A DNA stretch of 64,000 bases from a virus. The notes beneath the pieces were generated by a model that worked only from the letters and a program-made list of their open reading frames with translations, was not told the origin of the DNA and ran no database searches. Numbering within the stretch: position 1 is the stretch's first letter; each line of letters begins with the position of its first letter. The stretch is from IMG/VR virus record IMGVR_UViG_3300042520_001372, one strand, 5' to 3'. The position numbers and the translations under genes were made by a program. Positions 45,244 through 54,735 of this stretch are shown one piece after another.

Positions 45244-46407
45244 TTAATTACTTAACGGTGCTTTGATTATTGGGTGTGATTGGTAATTAGTTAACTGGAT
45301 ATCTTCTAATAGGCATTTACAGAAATTATCATCTGCTAAGCCTGAAATGAAGCCTGAAGTGCTAATTGGACCTACTCCGCATTCTCCTGATTCTGTTTGC
45401 CAGAATTCGGTGTTTATATTTAGTGTAGGTAACTCAAATGGCTCTCTGCTAATCTGCTCCTTTGCTTGTTCAATATGGTTGTTATATAGATGCGTATCAC
45501 CTAAATGGCCAACCAGATGCTCAGGTACCATGTTAACTACCTTAGCAATAATTTCTAATAACAAACCGTATGAAGCAATATTAAACGGCAAACCTAAAAA
45601 CACATCAACCGATCTTTGGTTCCAAGATAATGAGATTGCTCGCTTAGGAGTAGATGGTTTAGCTATCTCTTCTACTATGTAAAGATTTTCCCATTCAACA
45701 TTAGTATTCTTCATAACCCATTGAACTTGTTCTTCCCATGTTAGTTCTCTTGTATAAACTTGAAATCCATAATGACAAGGTGGAAGTACCATTTGGTCTA
45801 ATTCACCTACATTCCAAGCATTAACCATTAATCGTCTTGAGTCTGGGTTTGTTTTGAGTTCAGAGATTAGGTTTGCGATTTGGTCAAAATTACCCCAACC
45901 CAATTCATAGCTTGTAGATGTTAATTGTGTTTTTGTTACACCTTCCCAATTTCTCCATTGTTTACCATAGATTGGACCTAATTCACCCCACGTATTAGCA
46001 AACTCATCATCGGTTTTGATTTTGTCAATGAATTCTTCTATTGTAAATGGTTCAGTTAATGTTCTGTTTTTCTTAGAATTCTCTAATAATTTGGTTTTAC
46101 CAACATATTCACCTTTATTATATCTTTTAATATAGGCTTGGTAAGCATCACCATTCCAAATATTACATCCGTTATCAACTAAATATTTAATATTTGTATC
46201 TCCTTTTAAGAACCACATCAATTCAGTAGCCATTGTTTTAAATGCAACCTTTTTAGTAGTTAGTAGTGGAAAACCATTCCTCATGTTATGATGAATCATG
46301 TAACCAAAAATACTTTTAGTTCCAGTTCCTGTTCTGTCTTGCTTGTCGGCTCCAAAGTCAATAATGTCCTGAAGGAGGGATTGGTATTGTTCGTCTAATC
46401 GATTCAT
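45244..46407 (-). CDS. thyA: thymidylate synthase ThyA (with insertions)
   Basis: DRTGTGT, FPLLTTKK, ELMWF, LGPIYG.QWR, PDSRR, LPPCH, QRS.D.FLGLPFNIASY, GD.HLY.NH. Confidence 0.96.
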   Translation of the reverse strand: MNRLDEQYQSLLQDIIDFGADKQDRTGTGTKSIFGYMIHHNMRNGFPLLTTKKVAFKTMATELMWFLKGDTNIKYLVDNGCNIWNGDAYQAYIKRYNKGEYVGKTKLLENSKKNRTLTEPFTIEEFIDKIKTDDEFANTWGELGPIYGKQWRNWEGVTKTQLTSTSYELGWGNFDQIANLISELKTNPDSRRLMVNAWNVGELDQMVLPPCHYGFQVYTRELTWEEQVQWVMKNTNVEWENLYIVEEIAKPSTPKRAISLSWNQRSVDVFLGLPFNIASYGLLLEIIAKVVNMVPEHLVGHLGDTHLYNNHIEQAKEQISREPFELPTLNINTEFWQTESGECGVGPISTSGFISGLADDNFCKCLLEDIQLTNYQSHPIIKAPLSN

Positions 46408-46410
46408 AAC

Positions 46411-46593
46411 TTAATCTTGTTTTGTTCCTAATGCCCAAATCGAGTCTGGAAATAATTCAATTCGTAATTTTAAAATAGTGTCTCTGTGTTCCTGGAATTT
46501 ATCTCCCTCAACAGATTTGTGTCCATTTAATATGGCTTTAGTCATCTCATAATCCAACTTAGATATTAAAGCTAACTTTTCAGGCTCGGTCAT
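46411..46593 (-). CDS. hypothetical protein
   Basis: ATGA-coupled. Confidence 0.55.
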   Translation of the reverse strand: MTEPEKLALISKLDYEMTKAILNGHKSVEGDKFQEHRDTILKLRIELFPDSIWALGTKQD

Positions 46594-46991
46594 AATTTAG
46601 ATTCGGGTATTTTAAATGCTCTCTTAACTTGTTCTGAAATTGGGATAGGAATTCCTTCATCGTCTACTCTAACGAAGGTCATGTTGGTTGCAAGTAGAAT
46701 AGCTTCATCGCCTCTAAAAACATTGTAGGCTCTTGCTTGAATCCGGAACGTTGCTGAGGTATTTCCAACCTTAAACATTTCTGCATAGATTTTTATCAGC
46801 TGTTTTTCCTTGGCAGGTTTTCTAAAAACACACTCGTCAAGAGCAATAGTAATCATATTCTGTGACCGGCATTTCTCCATTGCATAAGCTGCCACGGCAG
46901 CATCTACCCATGAAAGCAATTTGCCTCCGAATAGATTGCCGTGAAAGCCTAAATCAGATTTCTTAACGGGGTGTGTTGATAGTAAGTCCAT
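46590..46991 (-). CDS. acyl-CoA thioesterase (hotdog fold)
   Basis: HGNLFGG.LL.W.D, F..P, G.TS, TFV..D..G.P. Confidence 0.88.
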   Translation of the reverse strand: MDLLSTHPVKKSDLGFHGNLFGGKLLSWVDAAVAAYAMEKCRSQNMITIALDECVFRKPAKEKQLIKIYAEMFKVGNTSATFRIQARAYNVFRGDEAILLATNMTFVRVDDEGIPIPISEQVKRAFKIPESKL

Positions 46992-47185
46992 TATCGATCT
47001 ACTTCAATTTTATGACCTATTTGATAAGGCATTACTGAAATCACTGTGAATGTATCACATATGCGATCTATCTTTTTCATAGCAGTACTATCCTGCCTAG
47101 GTCGAACTTTAACTGCTTTGTAGCTATACATGTCCTGTGAAAGGTCTGCATGAATTAATGCTACTATAATTAAAACTGTTTTCAT
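46991..47185 (-). CDS. hypothetical protein
   Basis: Coupled start and stop. Confidence 0.5.
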   Translation of the reverse strand: MKTVLIIVALIHADLSQDMYSYKAVKVRPRQDSTAMKKIDRICDTFTVISVMPYQIGHKIEVDR

Positions 47186-47976
47186 TATACTGCTCGCTTA
47201 GTGTCCCAGCTTATTATGTGATCCCTTCCTGTCCAATTGTAGCCCATGTCGAATGCTTTTTCTAATGAGATTGGATACTGCTTGATCAATTCCTCTCTGT
47301 TATCACCAGCAGGCATCAACCAGGTTTTATTCTTAGGGATGTTGTGCTTTACTCTAAATTCTTCAATCTCATTCATTGTTTCTTCAGTACCGTCATACAC
47401 TGGTTTGTAATGGTAGTCCGAATGGTATGCAAGGGTCTTCTCAATTGCATCATCATTTAAACGTAGCTTATTATGCTGATCGATCATCTTCTGGTCGACC
47501 AGTTTACCCATTGGAGTAGTAACATCAAGCTTAGGCACACTATTACTAAACTTAGGTGATAGGGAAATAAGACCAATTGGATAATCCGTCTCGACAAAAT
47601 GAGAACCTTCTGTTTCAATAGTTATAAATATTCCTCTTTGATTAGCAAAATGCGTTAATTCATTACATAGATCTGGCTGCATGGTAGGTGAACCTCCAGT
47701 CAACATCATTTCAGTAATGGTTGGATTCTCATCATAAATTTTAATGATGTCGTTAAATGTAATATGCCCTTTCTCAGGGTGTATACTGCTATACCAACTA
47801 TCACACCATCCGCCTTCGCCAAACCAACATCTGTGAGTACATCCGGTTGTTCTGATAGCAACGGTAGGTCTTCCCTGCCTTGAACCTTCAGACTGGATGC
47901 AAGTATAAAGTTCGATGATGGGTAATTTTTTGTTGTAATCTAAAATACGACCTGGTTTTTTAATTTCTATTGACAT
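47185..47976 (-). CDS. queE: 7-carboxy-7-deazaguanine synthase (radical SAM)
   Basis: E.Y..IQSEG...G.P...IR..GC..RC...WCD, LTGG.P, IETEG, SLSPK, LMP.G, R.H...W. Confidence 0.93.
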   Translation of the reverse strand: MSIEIKKPGRILDYNKKLPIIELYTCIQSEGSRQGRPTVAIRTTGCTHRCWFGEGGWCDSWYSSIHPEKGHITFNDIIKIYDENPTITEMMLTGGSPTMQPDLCNELTHFANQRGIFITIETEGSHFVETDYPIGLISLSPKFSNSVPKLDVTTPMGKLVDQKMIDQHNKLRLNDDAIEKTLAYHSDYHYKPVYDGTEETMNEIEEFRVKHNIPKNKTWLMPAGDNREELIKQYPISLEKAFDMGYNWTGRDHIISWDTKRAV

Positions 47977-48006
47977 AATATTTTTTATTAATATAGTTAT
48001 TTTTTA

Positions 48007-48546
48007 TTATAGATCCAACTTTTTATTTTGGTTCTTTCTCTTTAATGTTTCTGAGATTTTTTTCTTTTGCTCTTCAGACATTAGCTTACCTAAATTAGTA
48101 CCGACCATGCCTTTTTTAGCTTCTGATATTCTCCTACCTACTTCAACTGGCATTTTTTTACCTTTGTTTGTTCCTCGAGAACCTTCTGCGTAAGCTTTTT
48201 TTAGACTTTCTGAGATTTTCTTTTTATGCTCTTCTGTTTTTTTATTTAAGCTTTCTTTTATTCTCTGGTATGTTTTTGCAGAAACTCTGTACCTACTTTG
48301 GTTGCTTGCTTCCATTGTTGCCATCATCCACAGAGCGTATTTCAGTTTTTGATTTGTTGGGTAAATTTCAGTAAGAAGTAAGTGGGCTAAGAAATGCTCT
48401 TTAGCTGTAAGCTTTACGAGGTTATCTGGATTATTAGTTCCGTGTAAGCATCTAGGTATTATATGATGTGTTTCAAAATACCCACTTATTTCTTCTCTAG
48501 TCTTAGCTTTCAGTACTAATTGATAATAAATTTTTTGATAGTCCAT
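48007..48546 (-). mobile_element. free-standing HNH homing endonuclease with NUMOD3 repeats
   Basis: Y.E.HHIIPR...G.N...NLV.LT..EHF.AH.LL; EEHKKKISES repeats; inserted between queD and queE. Confidence 0.88.
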
Positions 48547-48613
48547 TTATTATAAATAGTAGTAAAAATAATTTACTAAGGGTCACACTAGATTTTAATT
48601 TCTACTGTCATAA

Positions 48614-49078
48614 TTATCCTTCGTAAATTGCTGAATTGCGTCCATGTTCCATAAAGTCTACTCGAACTACTCTCACTCTGCCTTCTGTCTCTGTATGAAT
48701 AAATTCCTGAAGCTTATTAAAGATATGCTCAGCAAATTTCTCTGCTCCTACTGCGGGTAGGATTCTTACTTGAGCTGCTCCTGCTCGATCCATTAACTTA
48801 AATGATTCAAGGAACGGATCATCTTCGGCAATAATCATAGTATGATCGAACATATAGTCCATCCATGCTTTTGGATTCATTCCGTCGATAGTTCCTTTAG
48901 CTCTCTTCATTCCTCCGAAATCCCATACCCAGTTCTTTTCGTCTAACTCTCCTTCAAACCATACTTTAAAAGATACTCCGTATCCATGAACGTACTTACA
49001 ATGAGTTCCCTCTGCTTTCCATTGACGGAATACGCAGCTGAATCCGTCAAATACTTTTGTTGATTGATATTTTCCCAT
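48614..49078 (-). CDS. queD: 6-carboxy-5,6,7,8-tetrahydropterin synthase
   Basis: HC..VHGY, WV.DFG..K, FDHT, G.E.FAE, EH.RNSA. Confidence 0.92.
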   Translation of the reverse strand: MGKYQSTKVFDGFSCVFRQWKAEGTHCKYVHGYGVSFKVWFEGELDEKNWVWDFGGMKRAKGTIDGMNPKAWMDYMFDHTMIIAEDDPFLESFKLMDRAGAAQVRILPAVGAEKFAEHIFNKLQEFIHTETEGRVRVVRVDFMEHGRNSAIYEG

Positions 49079-49115
49079 AACTTAATATATGAACTTTATT
49101 TAATATAAGCAAGCC

Positions 49116-49364
49116 TTAAGCATTATTGTATGCGTTCATAACTGCTGTCGGAGTTTGAACTCCAACCATTCTGTTAACTACTTCACCGTCCTTAACAATG
49201 ATTACTGTAGGTACATTACGTACTGAGTAAGCAGTAGCTAGGTCAGGTTGATCGTCAACATTAATTTTTTGTACTGGGATTGATTGTCCCATCTGTTCCA
49301 TTACTGGTCCGAATTGCTTACAAGGACCGCACCAAGGTGCACTAAAATATAAAATTTTCTTCAT
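49116..49364 (-). CDS. trxA: thioredoxin
   Basis: WCGPC, VPT. Confidence 0.92.
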   Translation of the reverse strand: MKKILYFSAPWCGPCKQFGPVMEQMGQSIPVQKINVDDQPDLATAYSVRNVPTVIIVKDGEVVNRMVGVQTPTAVMNAYNNA

Positions 49365-49516
49365 ACTAATTCTTCTATAATACCTATTAATTCTGATAAG
49401 ATTAAAATAAATGCTCCAAGGCTGATGCTCCAGAATAGAGCAACGTAGCCGGAGATTCTAACAGCTGATTTTAAAAAGCTTACCAGCTGGTGTAGTTTAG
49501 GGTCTGGTTGGTTCAT
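49361..49516 (-). CDS. 51-aa membrane protein (not in ORF track)
   Basis: MNQPDPKLHQLVSFLKSAVRISGY...ELIGIIEELV; ATGA-coupled at both ends. Confidence 0.65.
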   Translation of the reverse strand: MNQPDPKLHQLVSFLKSAVRISGYVALFWSISLGAFILILSELIGIIEELV

Positions 49517-49683
49517 AGTTCTAATAATTCTGTTCCTGGGTTTGATACTAATACTCGTGATGTATTTTCTTTGTGTAGAGCTTTTCCTGCAGCCCAGTTG
49601 TGAGTCCAGATCAGAGAGCCTTGTACCATACCGGCATAAGCTTCTCCGTCTTTATTTACTATTAGGTAATACTTATCCTTCAT
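49513..49683 (-). CDS. 56-aa hypothetical protein (not in ORF track)
   Basis: MKDKYYLIVNKDGEAYAG...; fills the gap between queC and the next ORF. Confidence 0.55.
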   Translation of the reverse strand: MKDKYYLIVNKDGEAYAGMVQGSLIWTHNWAAGKALHKENTSRVLVSNPGTELLEL

Positions 49684-50491
49684 GCTTACTCAAAACGTTT
49701 TTAACATGTTCAACTACTTGCTCCCAAGTTACCGGTCCGCCTTCGTCAGCGTATTGAACTGGATCTTTTCTTTGTAGTTTAATGAATGCTTCTACTCTCT
49801 CTACTGAGGATGCTGACTTGTAATCAGAGTACCACCTACCGTTGATCTGGATTGGCTTATAAGAGGTGTTAGTCTTTTCATAAACAGAATCAAAGTCAAT
49901 ATGCATTTTATCGCAGCACTTCTCTCCATCTCTCAAGATTCCAAACTTGGTTGACTTTAGATAGGGAGTATAAAGGCTTACTTTATCTGCACCCCAGTTA
50001 CCTGATTTAAATGCTTCAAAGTCTGCATCCCTAAATTCTTCCCGGCAGTCTGGATAAATAGCATGATCGCCAGAATGGATTCCCATTGCAATAACGCATT
50101 TAGTATTCTTCTGTTCTGAAACTGATAATGCAACTGCTTGAATGATTGAACTGAAGATTTTATTCCTATTCGGAACAACGGTTGCTTTCATATTCTCTTC
50201 AGCATAATGCCCTTCAGGAACATCAGCACCGCCTGTAACTAGAGTAGAGTTAAGCAATTGAGCTAAACCGTCAAGCTTAATTACTTGATATCTGATTACT
50301 GGATACCCTAAGGGGGTTACTTGGTGATTTAAATATTGAACTAGAGCTTTTGCTCTTTCGAGTTCAACTTTATGTTTCTGACCGTAGTCAAAGGATAGTG
50401 CTGTAACTTCGTAGCCATCGGCAAGTAGACGTAGTAACAGTGTTGAGGAATCCATCCCCCCGGATAAGCTAAGCACTGCTTGTTTATTCAT
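49673..50491 (-). CDS. queC: 7-cyano-7-deazaguanine synthase
   Basis: SLSGGMDS, FDYGQKH..E, S.L, T.VPNRN, YPDCR.EF. Confidence 0.95.
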   Translation of the reverse strand: MNKQAVLSLSGGMDSSTLLLRLLADGYEVTALSFDYGQKHKVELERAKALVQYLNHQVTPLGYPVIRYQVIKLDGLAQLLNSTLVTGGADVPEGHYAEENMKATVVPNRNKIFSSIIQAVALSVSEQKNTKCVIAMGIHSGDHAIYPDCREEFRDADFEAFKSGNWGADKVSLYTPYLKSTKFGILRDGEKCCDKMHIDFDSVYEKTNTSYKPIQINGRWYSDYKSASSVERVEAFIKLQRKDPVQYADEGGPVTWEQVVEHVKNVLSKHEG

Positions 50492-50628
50492 AATTTTGTT
50501 TTGTTAGCTAATTTACGTAATTTTTCTAAATTATTCAAGTTTATTCGAAAACGATTTTCCCAAATAGCATCTAATACTTTCTTAATTTCAGCTTCATAAG
50601 CTGAATTAATGTCTATTTTTTGCATAGC

Positions 50629-50904
50629 TTAAAGAAGTAAGTCGTCTGGTTCGTTGTAAAGAATCTTTGTGCTTGGCGTAGCTCCTGTGTCAAAATATGC
50701 TTCTAGCCAATATACAGGGTACATTTTAATTTCTCCTTTGTATTGTCTGTTAGAAACATTTTTTGTTTGTACCACAATTCCTTCTACGAGAGCTGCTTTA
50801 GCTACTTCCAATCCTAATTCACGACCAGCAGCTTTGCCTAAAAAGTCGAAGAGTGATTTGAATTCCATACTACTGCTCATCGTCATTGTCCTCCGGGCCT
50901 TCAT
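50629..50904 (-). CDS. hypothetical protein
   Basis: SL.D.LG.AAG..LG..V...Y.G....YP...L..YF. Confidence 0.7.
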   Translation of the reverse strand: MKARRTMTMSSSMEFKSLFDFLGKAAGRELGLEVAKAALVEGIVVQTKNVSNRQYKGEIKMYPVYWLEAYFDTGATPSTKILYNEPDDLLL

Positions 50905-51070
50905 TAAGAGTGTCTAAGTAGATGAGACCTGATATTACAGCAGAAATTCCATGCCCGAATGCAATCCAAGCGGTTCCTACCCACACTCCTAGAATCATTC
51001 CGAGAATGTTAGCGACTAAAGAGAAAAGAGCGAATCCTTTCCATAATTTTTTTTGTGTAACCTTATTCAT
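50870..51070 (-). CDS. two-TM membrane protein
   Basis: Two hydrophobic segments. Confidence 0.65.
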   Translation of the reverse strand: MNKVTQKKLWKGFALFSLVANILGMILGVWVGTAWIAFGHGISAVISGLIYLDTLNEGPEDNDDEQ

Positions 51071-51270
51071 TATTTTGTTTTTAATTTTCTTTTCTTTTTT
51101 TCCTTTAAAGAATCTAAATACTCTTTTGAATATTTGTGATCTACGCGGTAAGGTCCGCTGGTAGATACGCTCTTGTCATAATACCAAGTAGATACTATCC
51201 CTGTTTCATTAACATACTCCCGAACGTATTTGTCCAAAGGAGCCGGAGGTGGTTTAGGAACGTATGCCAT
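51070..51270 (-). CDS. hypothetical protein
   Basis: Promoter motif at 51281; W.YD.....GP. Confidence 0.7.
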   Translation of the reverse strand: MAYVPKPPPAPLDKYVREYVNETGIVSTWYYDKSVSTSGPYRVDHKYSKEYLDSLKEKKKRKLKTK

Positions 51271-51359
51271 AACTTTTATTATACTTAAAGATACGAACTA
51301 TTAGTTACAAAAGCAACTAAAAAATTTCGTAGATTGTATTTGCTTCTTTTTCAGTAACC

Positions 51360-52157
51360 TTACTTATCAACCTCCACCATGGATTGTTTGACAGTGACTT
51401 TGGAATTTTGGTTGACCCGTAATTCTTTTTCTTGGTGTTTTTTCTTTGACGATGTATTTTCATAGATCTTTAAATTTAATTTATCTATAATACATAGTGC
51501 CATCTTTTTATGCCCTGTAGCGGTCATATGACATAAAAAGTCTCCACAATCAGTTCTTGAAATGCAGTGTGTCTCAATGACTACTGCTCCTTTAATAGAA
51601 TCAATAAGATACTGTTGGAACTTAGCATAACGTTGAGGATAACCTTTATATACATCCCTTCCCTTAATGTTAATACAAGTCACCGGATCAAATCCGGTAA
51701 TAACAATTGGAGTTACTCCGTGTCGGTTGCACATATTAACAATTGCCTGAATATTCTTAACTGATTTCATAGGCGGTCTGTTACCGGCCATATCATTAGC
51801 ACCTCCGTAGATGAAGCAGTAATCAAAGTACTCAGTCACTTTTGCTCTTGCCTGTTCAACCATCCATGCTGTTTGCTTCCCGCCAACGGCAGTATTCAAA
51901 TAAGTCATCTTAGTCTTCTTACAGAGCTGATGCTGCCATCCGTAGTCAGCTGCCGAGTGTGAATCACCAATAAACAAAGCCTTCTTTCCTTTAACTGAAA
52001 GGACTGTGTCTTGTTTGATTGTATCCTGCTTGATAGTATCTACTTGAGGTAATTCACCCCAGGCTAAAGGATCTCTAACGGCAGGTTTTGATTCTACTAC
52101 CACCCATCCCACTACCAGGCTCAAGGCTACTAATACAAGTGCGTCTTTAACTGTCAT
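51360..52157 (-). CDS. SGNH/GDSL hydrolase with N-terminal anchor
   Basis: FIGDS, G, GGAND, D..H. Confidence 0.85.
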   Translation of the reverse strand: MTVKDALVLVALSLVVGWVVVESKPAVRDPLAWGELPQVDTIKQDTIKQDTVLSVKGKKALFIGDSHSAADYGWQHQLCKKTKMTYLNTAVGGKQTAWMVEQARAKVTEYFDYCFIYGGANDMAGNRPPMKSVKNIQAIVNMCNRHGVTPIVITGFDPVTCINIKGRDVYKGYPQRYAKFQQYLIDSIKGAVVIETHCISRTDCGDFLCHMTATGHKKMALCIIDKLNLKIYENTSSKKKHQEKELRVNQNSKVTVKQSMVEVDK

Positions 52158-52579
52158 TTTTTAATCTTGATTAAGTATCCTTCCGGAACTGATTTAAATT
52201 CTTCAGCAATCATTCCTTTAAATGATTCGTCAAACATTCCCATATCATATCCTGAATGTAGATAAGGTCCGCCTGAAGGATCGATCATATCGATTTTAGT
52301 AGTATCTGAATAGACTAAACCTCGGTATTTTTTAGATAGTGGAGTTGATTCAAATGTTTTCTTATCGTATTCGTGAACGGCTTCTTTAAACTTACCTAGA
52401 GTCATTTGTTTATCAGTATCAACATCAGCACAATAGGCTTCATAAGCTCTATTATAAACGTTAGGCCACCCGCATCGCATCCATTTAAACTCTCCTTCAA
52501 ACAGAATATCTCCTTCGTCAGTTTTACTAAACGTATAGATGTCCCGGTACCGGTTTTCAAATTCTATTTTACTTTTCAT
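52154..52579 (-). CDS. hypothetical protein
   Basis: NRY.D...; IDPSGGPY motif. Confidence 0.75.
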   Translation of the reverse strand: MKSKIEFENRYRDIYTFSKTDEGDILFEGEFKWMRCGWPNVYNRAYEAYCADVDTDKQMTLGKFKEAVHEYDKKTFESTPLSKKYRGLVYSDTTKIDMIDPSGGPYLHSGYDMGMFDESFKGMIAEEFKSVPEGYLIKIKK

Positions 52580-52874
52580 CTTTATTGTATTCCTCCCAGT
52601 TACTGAATTTAAGACCCCACATTAAGCTGCACATAGCCATTTCGCGTTCGGCTACTTTAGCATATAGCTTAAGTTCCTTCATAAGGTATTTCTTACCCCA
52701 TGCTTTCCATTCTTCACTCTGCTCAACAGTCATAGTCCATTGAGCATACCAATCGTCTTTTCGGTCCTTGATATCCTCGTAAGTGACTTCGTGACCGGCT
52801 ACTTCAAACATCTTGTTGATTAGCTCAACAACTGCTTTATTCCATTTCTCTTCTCTACTTAATCGTTTTACCAT
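52569..52874 (-). CDS. hypothetical Trp-rich protein
   Basis: Promoter motif at about 52879. Confidence 0.75.
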   Translation of the reverse strand: MVKRLSREEKWNKAVVELINKMFEVAGHEVTYEDIKDRKDDWYAQWTMTVEQSEEWKAWGKKYLMKELKLYAKVAEREMAMCSLMWGLKFSNWEEYNKDEK

Positions 52875-52910
52875 ATCCTTAATATACGAATAATCTTTCA
52901 GAATTCCAAC

Positions 52911-53333
52911 TCAATCCCACCATTCTTCAATCCTATCGTTCATTATTTTGAACAATAAACGTTTGGCTTTATTATGCTGTGCTTGTATTCTATAATACAT
53001 TTCACCAGTCATAGGTTTAGTATCATAATATTCAGCATAATAATCCTCGTTTTGTATTTTATTGATTAGTCTAACACAGGTCATCATTAATTCAGCATCA
53101 CGTTGGGCGCCATTATGAAAACCAACATGGGCTAAGTGTTTAGCCTGTTTCTCTAATTTAAATTTTAATACCTGAAAAATATAATGATGATCCCAGTCTC
53201 TATCTTTCCAAATGACCCAAAACCATTTATACAAGTTTTTAACTCCATACTTAGTATATTTGTACTGGTAGGGTAGTTCCCATCTTACCCACCTGTAGAG
53301 TTTCCAGTACCATTGATCGTATTCTTCGTTCAT
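52911..53333 (-). CDS. hypothetical protein
   Basis: W...IWKDRDWD...L..KL...WWD family pattern. Confidence 0.75.
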   Translation of the reverse strand: MNEEYDQWYWKLYRWVRWELPYQYKYTKYGVKNLYKWFWVIWKDRDWDHHYIFQVLKFKLEKQAKHLAHVGFHNGAQRDAELMMTCVRLINKIQNEDYYAEYYDTKPMTGEMYYRIQAQHNKAKRLLFKIMNDRIEEWWD

Positions 53334-53683
53334 AACTTAAATAATTCGTATACGCTGTTCCTTGTATTAAACTTAAGATACGAACCATCCTCTGAAGATT
53401 CAACTATTTCTGTAATATCTGTTGTCATCCAAGTAAAGAAATCATTAAACGGAGACATAAGTAATGATCGTCCTATTGCCGGTTCAGTACAGTCTTGCTT
53501 AACTCTACCTTCCTCGTTCCATTCCAACCATTTTATATCCCTGGATTGATTAACTAAGCCATCACGTTCACGAACTAATTTCCAGTTAAATTCGTTTTCA
53601 ATTACTCTTTGCTCAACAGCAATTTTAAATACATTATCCTCAGTTAGGATCATCGGTATTTTTGTTTGTTTAATCTTACTCAT
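53330..53683 (-). CDS. hypothetical protein
   Basis: P..G.SL.....F.W.TT.ITEI...F.T.NS.Y.L. Confidence 0.75.
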   Translation of the reverse strand: MSKIKQTKIPMILTEDNVFKIAVEQRVIENEFNWKLVRERDGLVNQSRDIKWLEWNEEGRVKQDCTEPAIGRSLLMSPFNDFFTWMTTDITEIVESSEDGSYLKFNTRNSVYELFKL

Positions 53684-53918
53684 CTGATTTGTGTTTAAGT
53701 ATAAATTTAATACATCCTTTGTAAATTAGCAACTTACATATCCACTTAGGTAGCCAACCTGCCATGTAAGGTTCTGTTTTAGTTAGAACATAGAAGTGAT
53801 TTCCAAACTCAATAGTAGCCAATTCACCTCTTGCTCTAAAGTAGAAGGGTTGCTTTAAGAACCAACCTTCTGCCTGTACCGGGCAATTACCTGACGGTTT
53901 ATATTTCCATTTAATCAT
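53676..53918 (-). CDS. hypothetical protein
   Basis: GNCPVQAEG....FYFRAR. Confidence 0.7.
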   Translation of the reverse strand: MIKWKYKPSGNCPVQAEGWFLKQPFYFRARGELATIEFGNHFYVLTKTEPYMAGWLPKWICKLLIYKGCIKFILKHKSDE

Positions 53919-54097
53919 TCTAGAGTAAATTTACTATTTAGACCTTCCTTTATTCTTGCTAATTCTAACTTATCACTCATCTCTTCATAGATCTCATCAA
54001 AACCTTCCCCACTCTCTTTTGAGAGTTTGTATTGCTCCTCAGTAAGTTCTACTTCGTAGATGCGTTCAGTTCTTTCTATTTTAATTAATTTAGGCAT
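53915..54097 (-). CDS. hypothetical protein
   Basis: Coupled ORF. Confidence 0.55.
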   Translation of the reverse strand: MPKLIKIERTERIYEVELTEEQYKLSKESGEGFDEIYEEMSDKLELARIKEGLNSKFTLE

Positions 54098-54200
54098 AAT
54101 TTTAGTTTTGTATTTCTATTTAATTATTGCTTATTTATTTTTCTTAGTTCAAAAACTATTTGCCATAAAGGTAAAGCTATTAGTAGTGCTGCTAACATTA

Positions 54201-54419
54201 TCATTGCTCACCTCCTCCGTAGGTTTCGTTGTAGTATTGTTCTGCCCATGTATCGCCAGGTCCAGGTCCTGCGTACAATAAAGTATTAGCGGCATCAATG
54301 ATTTGTTGTTTCTCCATTTCTTTGGCTTGTTCTTTCCATTCAGAAGGTATTGAATAACCTGCAAAAAGGAATCTGTCATACAACCACTCCACTGCCGTTT
54401 GTTGTTTATTGTTTGTCAT
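54201..54419 (-). CDS. KQTAVEWL...EQYY-family small protein, paralog 1
   Basis: KQQTAVEWL...AKEMEKQQIIDA...EQYYNETYGGGEQ. Confidence 0.75.
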   Translation of the reverse strand: MTNNKQQTAVEWLYDRFLFAGYSIPSEWKEQAKEMEKQQIIDAANTLLYAGPGPGDTWAEQYYNETYGGGEQ

Positions 54420-54735
54420 TGCTCGCTAATTTTGATTGCAAAAATTCAATTAGTTGTTTCAATTCGTCTTGGTTTAAGAATAATGTTTCTATACCTAAAA
54501 ATGCACATTCAATTCCAACATCCCCGTCTGGATAACCTTTTATACTCCATTGGGAAAGTTCTTGTTGAATGTCAATCCTATCCCATTGTGGGTTTTCTTG
54601 GTACTTGATGTATTTAAATCTTTGTTTATTGTTTTCCATTCTTTTATCGTTTAAAAATTTGTTTAGTGTTTCAGTTGTTTCATTGCTTAATGCTTCATCA
54701 AGTTTGTTTTCAAGTTTGTTTAAGTCAAGGCTCAT
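54406..54735 (-). CDS. hypothetical protein
   Basis: Coupled; internal MENNKQ second start. Confidence 0.65.
   Translation of the reverse strand: MSLDLNKLENKLDEALSNETTETLNKFLNDKRMENNKQRFKYIKYQENPQWDRIDIQQELSQWSIKGYPDGDVGIECAFLGIETLFLNQDELKQLIEFLQSKLASNDKQ

Noticed and set aside
45244-46407. Intein or intron in the long thyA
   Set aside because: The insertions are short and in frame, with no intein terminal motifs
47977-48613. Group I intron in queE
   Set aside because: The HNH ORF fills almost the whole interval, leaving no room for a ribozyme core, and queE has its own intact start
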